A stretch of DNA of 25,972 bases, the filler included, from Pelomyxa schiedti (Eukaryota > Protista > Evosea), in assembly GCA_020536535.1 (NCBI GenBank). It is 2 parts of 2 records of this genome, joined end to end, with 100 filler letters (N's around TTAATTAATTAA, not from the genome) between each part and the next. Parts side by side here need not be neighbours in the genome. Positions count along the whole stretch, not along the records: positions 20,617 to 25,972 come from JAHLWZ010001502.1; 1 more part is not named here. One strand, written 5' to 3'. Below, piece after piece: positions 21,560 to 25,972 of this stretch. The notes beneath the pieces were generated by a model, which was not told where the DNA came from, did no database searches, and saw nothing but the letters and a program-made list of their open reading frames with translations. Positions within the stretch are counted from its first letter, which is position 1. The number at the start of each line of letters is the position of its first letter. A program made the position numbers and the translations under genes.

Positions 21560-24500
21560 TTACTCTATCTTGATGATGTGATCACAACAGGCAGAGAAGG
21601 CGAACCTGAGGGGTGACGGGAGACCACTGCAACACACGCCATCCCTGTAGCAGTCACCGACCCTCACACTCATCGTCCCACCACCAGGGTGAGTCATGTC
21701 CACTGTCACTGTGATCACCGTCCCATCTGGTGTGTTGTCGTACCCGTTCCTGCTGTCACCATTGGGCTGTTGCTTCCCGTTGTGCCACGTGTTGTCCCTG
21801 TTGCCCAGATTGAAGCCCCAGAAGCCCTCCTTGTTGTAGATGCAACCTGATGGTGGTGTGGACGTGATTGCAGGGCCAACCACCCCGATGCATGGGGTAC
21901 CGCAGCTGGTGTTTATTTTTTTGATGAGTGTGATGCGTGCAACAGCCACGGAGCCGGTTGTGATGCACTGTGTTGTCCACACTGTTGTGACTTCATTACC
22001 ACTGACACCGGTTGCAATGTGGTTGCTGTCACTCAGGTTGGTTTTATAGCACGATGAGGGTTCCCACGTGAATGTGCCTGTAATGTCTTATTTTGTGGTG
22101 TGTGGTGTTTTGAAAGGGACACACACGTTTGAACAACGCAACGTTGGACCATGGGCTGGATGCTGAGGGTCCATTGAGTGCACCAACTCTGAACTCAACT
22201 CCAGAGCCACCAGAATTTACCATTTCTGGAGTGATGTCCATGGATGTGGGTGGCTCTTGTTGTTGCGAGGATTTTGTGATCCCTGCCTGTGCCCACCCTT
22301 CCTCGGTGGGTTGTGTTTCCAGTTGTTGGTGGGGATTGTGATTGCTGATACGCCTTGATTGGATGACAAATGAGGATGGTCTGGGGCCATGAGGGTTTGG
22401 AGTCCACTCGAGTGTTGCTGGTCCTTGTTGTTGTGTCACAATCCTCACATTGATTGGTGCAAGTGGTGCTGCCACAAAAAAAAAGTGAATGATGGAGTGC
22501 TGAAAGGAGAAACAACAAACCAGGATCAGGGAGAGTTCTTACAGAGTGAGGTGCAAAGACCCAGTCACCACAACCAAGGTGGTCACACAAACAGCACCTC
22601 ACAATGTATTCCGTGTCTGCTTTCACCACACCCTTTGCTTGGTTTGTTGGGGTGCTGGAACCACCACCAATCGTGCACGTGTTTTCAACACCACAGTAAA
22701 CTTCTTCCCACTGAACTGTGTCAACATCTGTTGTATGCCCTGTAAAAAACAAAGGTATAAGTATTCATCCATCCTTCTGGGGGTGGGGCTGGAGATTCTT
22801 ACCTTTTAATGTTGGTGCTCCTTCACCTTGTTTGGTCTTCTGAGCAATCTCCACAATCACTGAGTCGTTGTGTTTGATACCATTCATGGTGGTTCCCAGA
22901 ACAACAGGGGAGGGAATGAAGTCACATGTGAACTGGAAACCCTCGTGAGTGATGCTCCCAATCCTGATGTTGTTTGGTGTCTTGGGAACTGTGTATTGTT
23001 TGTTGTTTGTTGTGAAGAAGACCTGAGAAGGGTGAAAATACACACCATTGAAAGCTGAAAATCGAATTGGGAGGGTGTTGATTGGCTTGTTTCCACAAAG
23101 GATGTTCATCTTGAATGTTCCCTCCTTCTTGGGAACAACATTCACCTTCCACTTCTTCATCACTTCTTCTTTAAATGTGTCCTCAACAGAGCAACAACAA
23201 CTCACTTCACATCCACCACAGGTTGTTGGGTTTGAAGCTCCTCCTTCTGATTCATGATCTTCCCAGACCTCGGCTGTTATCAGCTCCTGCATTTGCTCCT
23301 GTAGTTGCTGTTGGTTGTTGGATTCTGGAGTGGTGGCTGTGTCAGTGTTTGAACTTGCTGGAGTGGTCCTTATGATTGATTTTGTGTGACTCAGTGACAC
23401 TGAAAACGAAAGTGGCGTGTTGACCCTCCTTGAAGACACGGCATTCAAATCCCCCTTGTTGCTATAGTTTCCTTCTTCTGTTTTGGATGCTCGTTGTGGA
23501 AGTGATCTTGAGGGTGAGTCAATCTCGTCCAGCTGCCACCTGAAGTCATTCTTGGAGACTGGGAGTGGAGGGAAAATAATAATTGTCAGTACTTCAGTGG
23601 CTGAGTGAGGTGAATGACAAACCTGAAAGGACATCACCAAAGTGACTGCAGAGAACAAGGAGATCATCAACGAAGGAGGGAACAAACTGCACACAAGGAA
23701 CCAAGCAAGGTTCACCAAGAACAATTGGAGCATCAACAACACAACGAGCCCTTGACTTGAGCCTTGGGAACACCCTCACAACCTTGTGGTTGTCTGTTGT
23801 CATGGTGGTGCCAGTTCCGATTCCAATCATGATCTCAATTGTCTTGTGTTCTTCCTCAATCGTTTGAAGGTGGCACTCCAACAGTTCTTTTTGCCTTGAA
23901 AGTTCTTTCCCTGTGGTTTTTGGGTGGGATGATATGATGAAAAGTTCTATTCATGACACACCTTTTGAGAGAGATTCCAGAGTGATTTGATTGATGAGTT
24001 GCTCCGATTTCTTCATGATCAGTTCGACTGCTTTCTCTTGTGTGCTGACCACTTCTGATATTGCTTGTTTTGCACTCTGTTGTTTGTTGAACAAAGAAAA
24101 AAGGAGAAGCAATGATTTACCACAGAGAGAAAAACTTCAGACCGCTGAACTGTGTCAATGGTGGACTTCACACAACGTTGCTTCGAAGTCAGTTCCTCTG
24201 AGAGTGACTTCAGTTCTTTCACCTTTTCAAGTGCAGCCTCTTCAATTGGTTTGTTCTTGTGTTGCAAATCACTTTGCTTGTTTTTGTGTTCACCTGAGGT
24301 GTTGGTGGGGGTTAATCCTGATAGACACATTTGAGAGAATACCATCAACCAAGCATGGCCAGCACACTGACTCTTGGCATTCAATACAGAACCGTTTCAA
24401 TGGTTCATGATGGGTCGAGCACACATCTCTATCCTTCACCATCACCAATGCAGTCACTTGTTGTGAGGATGAAGAAGAAGTGCAGCCAGCAGCTTCAGAA

Positions 24501-25475
24501 GAAGTGCCGGCTCCAGTCAGCTTGACCAAATCCGGAGGAACACTGAACTTCTTCAAGTGTCTCTTTTTGGAACCACCAATGCAATCATCACAGACAAACC
24601 ACTGCTTTGTTTCCTTCTGCGAAGAATGACTATGGTGGGTGCATTGGCACTGCCACACAACAGATTCATCTTTGCATAAAACGCACTCGGCTCCTTTTTG
24701 TGAGGTTGCCTTTTCATGGAGTGCACTTATTGCCTGCTGCAGAGATTCATTTGACTGACAACATATATTTGATGGATGTAAGGAAAAAGGGCCGAATGAC
24801 GGCTGCAAATGAGTGTAATTGTCGTACCTTCCAGCAGGAACGAGGAGCATCTGGTGTTGACACGTCGTCCATGTAGTCTTGTATTCTGGTTTCAGCATCA
24901 CATGCAGGGCACCTCACACAAACGATGCCAGCACCACTGCTCTTGGTGGTATCAGCAGCAGTAGCCGTCGCACCTTTGGCCTGTGCAGTGCTCAGTTCCA
25001 CGTCCGGGGCTTAGTTATTACGAGCGAGAGAGTGGGTGGTGTGACTGAGAGAGAAGGAGAGGGTGGGTGTTATACACACGATGTTTTGTTTAGCAGCAGA
25101 CTCCGAGACGTCATTGAGCAGCAAGGCACCGGGGGGAGCACGGGACCACGCCCGCGCGTGGGCCCACACCCTCTCCCCGTCCCGCCGGCACACGCTGTGC
25201 CCGCAACAACGAGATGCCGACGTGGCTGTTGTTGCTGCTGCTGTGTTGGAGTCACCTGGTCGTTGTTGCGCCGACAATGCGGGTGGTGGTTGGGGAGCGA
25301 GAACCACGGGATCGTTGAGCACGCAGAGGCACACTGGGCACTCCACGTCCACAGGCTCCCCACCACCCGATCGGTCCGCAACAACAACAACCGTTGTTAC
25401 TTGTTGTTGTTGTTGTTGGGGCGATGTCGCTATGTTGGTTTCGTAGCGTTGTTGGTCGTGGTTGCTTCCTTGCAT
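21560..25475 (-). CDS. TRIM/RBCC-like E3 ligase: RING - B-box - B-box - coiled coil - filamin/Ig-like - FN3 - FN3 - SPRY-like
   Basis: RING CPVC..CGHSVCRRD..CPAC; B-box1 CVLC..WQCQC..VCDDC..H; B-box2 CSTHHEPLKRFCIECQESVCWPCLVDGEHKNK. Coiled coil at ~23850-24290. Filamin-like WKVNVVPKKEGTFKMNILCGNKPINTLP. FN3 motifs PKTPNNIRI..WEEVYCG..DTEYIVR and PLAPINVRI..LEW..EFRVGALN..SPWS. SPRY-like CIGVV..FWGF..GTVITVTVDM..GTMS..LPSPLRFAFS. Stop at 21562-21560. Confidence 0.8.
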
Positions 25476-25569
25476 TTTCGTTTTTCCGTGAACATGGATC
25501 TGTTGGACAAACGTGATTTTCGCTCATTGTTTGTCCAAAGTCAGGGCGGTTTGTTCACTCCCAGTGGGG

Positions 25570-25972
25570 TGATCACATTGTTGCTCGGTGGTGATGAAGC
25601 ACCCCTTGCCAATCTGTGCAGCCGTCACTAACCATTGTACAAGCGCTGGGCCGCGTCCAGGTTCCTGGCCACTCCGAGGGTGCACAGCACTTGTCCGCAT
25701 GCCGATCTACTCTTGGTTGTAGACGGTAAGACCGCGATGACAAGGTCCAATTGCCTTTGATGAGATGCGACTTTTTTTGATCCAAGCCACAAGGAAAAGA
25801 ATTAGGGGAGCTTGGATTGTTGATGGGCTACAGTGTGACGTCACAGTGCAGGAAGGTGACGAGGATTGGTGACGATCTGAAAGAGTTAGTCTCGGAGGGA
25901 CAAGAAAAATAAAAACAGATCGTGTGAATTTGTTGGTTTGCGGAAATGGGTGACGAGAAAAACGAAGAGCCA
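25570..25972 (-). other. Possible 3' end (terminal exon/UTR) of a minus-strand gene entering from the right edge
   Basis: Minus-strand pyrimidine tract and branch-like ctaac...ttcag acceptor near 25877-25900, followed by a short frame IVTNPRHLPAL*. No domain recognised. Confidence 0.2.

Noticed and set aside
1-25972. CRISPR arrays, rRNA, tRNA or transposase genes
   Set aside because: No regularly spaced repeats, RNA-gene signatures or transposase/RT motifs were seen by eye. Small ncRNAs cannot be excluded without a covariance-model search.

Overview
Gene-dense eukaryotic DNA with many short (mostly ~40-60 nt) spliceosomal introns, so the ORF track shows exon fragments rather than whole genes. 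Intron style, GC-rich low-complexity first exons, anaerobe-type redox genes and an 'RDQxxALxxxTHPRCG' family protein suggest an anaerobic amoebozoan (Archamoebae, Pelomyxa-like); this is inference. Hand-spliced genes in order: a stand-alone SRA/YDG protein; a VWA5A-type VIT-vWA protein with a talin-type FERM (F1-F2-F3) head inserted; a lineage-family protein with a frame disruption; two tandem EFR1-like flavodoxin-2[4Fe-4S] ferredoxin fusions, each ending in a C-terminal transmembrane tail; a low-complexity protein; a C2-CLU-TPR protein; XRCC3 (- strand); and a His-rich gene start. After an artificial 100-nt contig spacer come an ankyrin-repeat gene (-) and a TRIM-like RING-Bbox-Bbox-coiled coil-filamin-FN3-FN3-SPRY protein (-). 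The best candidates for undescribed biology are the tail-anchored flavodoxin-ferredoxin pair and the VIT-vWA/talin-head chimera. Exon boundaries were derived by eye and some are approximate.
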